A stretch of 27,100 nucleotides of DNA from an uncultured archaeon. Lineage in GTDB: Archaea; Asgardarchaeota; Lokiarchaeia; Sigyniarchaeales; SOKP01. This document shows, piece after piece, positions 26,794 through 27,100 of the stretch. The stretch lies in the NCBI GenBank assembly GCA_964508365.1, contig CAZDTP010000054.1:1-27100 (forward strand), read 5' to 3'. How positions within the stretch are numbered: the stretch's first letter is position 1; the number at the start of each line of letters is the position of its first letter. The notes beneath the pieces are model-generated. The model saw only the letters and a list, made by a program, of their open reading frames with translations, was not told where the DNA came from and made no database searches. Made by a program: the position numbers and the translations under genes.

Positions 26794-27100
26794 TAAGGCG
26801 AAGTAGATCTGTAAAAGTTGTAATCGTGAATAGAATCAGTGTGATATAGGAAAAAATTAATGCTGTATGATTGACAATATTCACGAAGAAAAATATCCCG
26901 CAAAACTAGAAAGCTGATACAGTTGTAAAAAAAATCTACCACAATTCTTCTAGAATTTGTATTAAAATTTTCCTTTAAATAATTCCTTAAAATGAAAAAA
27001 AAAAATTTTAAAGCTTTTTTAAATGGGATGGAAAATGTCTAGGTCCATAGGGGGGTTGGTAATACATGGTTATAACACCTTTGTAATGCCAATTAGTAAA

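Overview
AT-rich 27.1-kb window that reads like a Lokiarchaeia/Promethearchaeota (Asgard archaeal) chromosome segment. This is inferred from a divergent TFB paralogue, an LRR protein, a single-domain NadE, GAGGTGA ribosome-binding sites and oligo-T tracts; it is not proven. The left ~12.5 kb is mostly housekeeping and metabolic: a Pro-rich coiled-coil protein, nadE, two hypotheticals, an orphan N6-adenine DNA methyltransferase, a tandem DUF6125/V4R-like protein, a ZIP transporter, an Fe-S protein, enoyl-CoA hydratase, acyl-CoA dehydrogenase and a Na+/Ca2+ exchanger. From ~12.5 to 22 kb lies a partly decayed accessory region. It holds a ~110-bp duplication of the exchanger 5' end, an unannotated CdrS-like RHH gene, a phospholipase C/P1-nuclease-like gene and a HerA/VirB4-like ATPase remnant. 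Its most notable part is a mirror-symmetric block: TFB-like tail remnant (+), conserved non-coding motif, DUF4238 (+), then DUF4238 (-), a 609-aa TPR-containing protein (-), the same non-coding motif and an intact TFB-like gene (-). The right end has small membrane ORFs, a DNRLRE surface-protein operon, a winged-helix/LRR fusion and a divergently transcribed dsRBD-less RNase III. All alignments and counts were made by eye, and no database searches were run.
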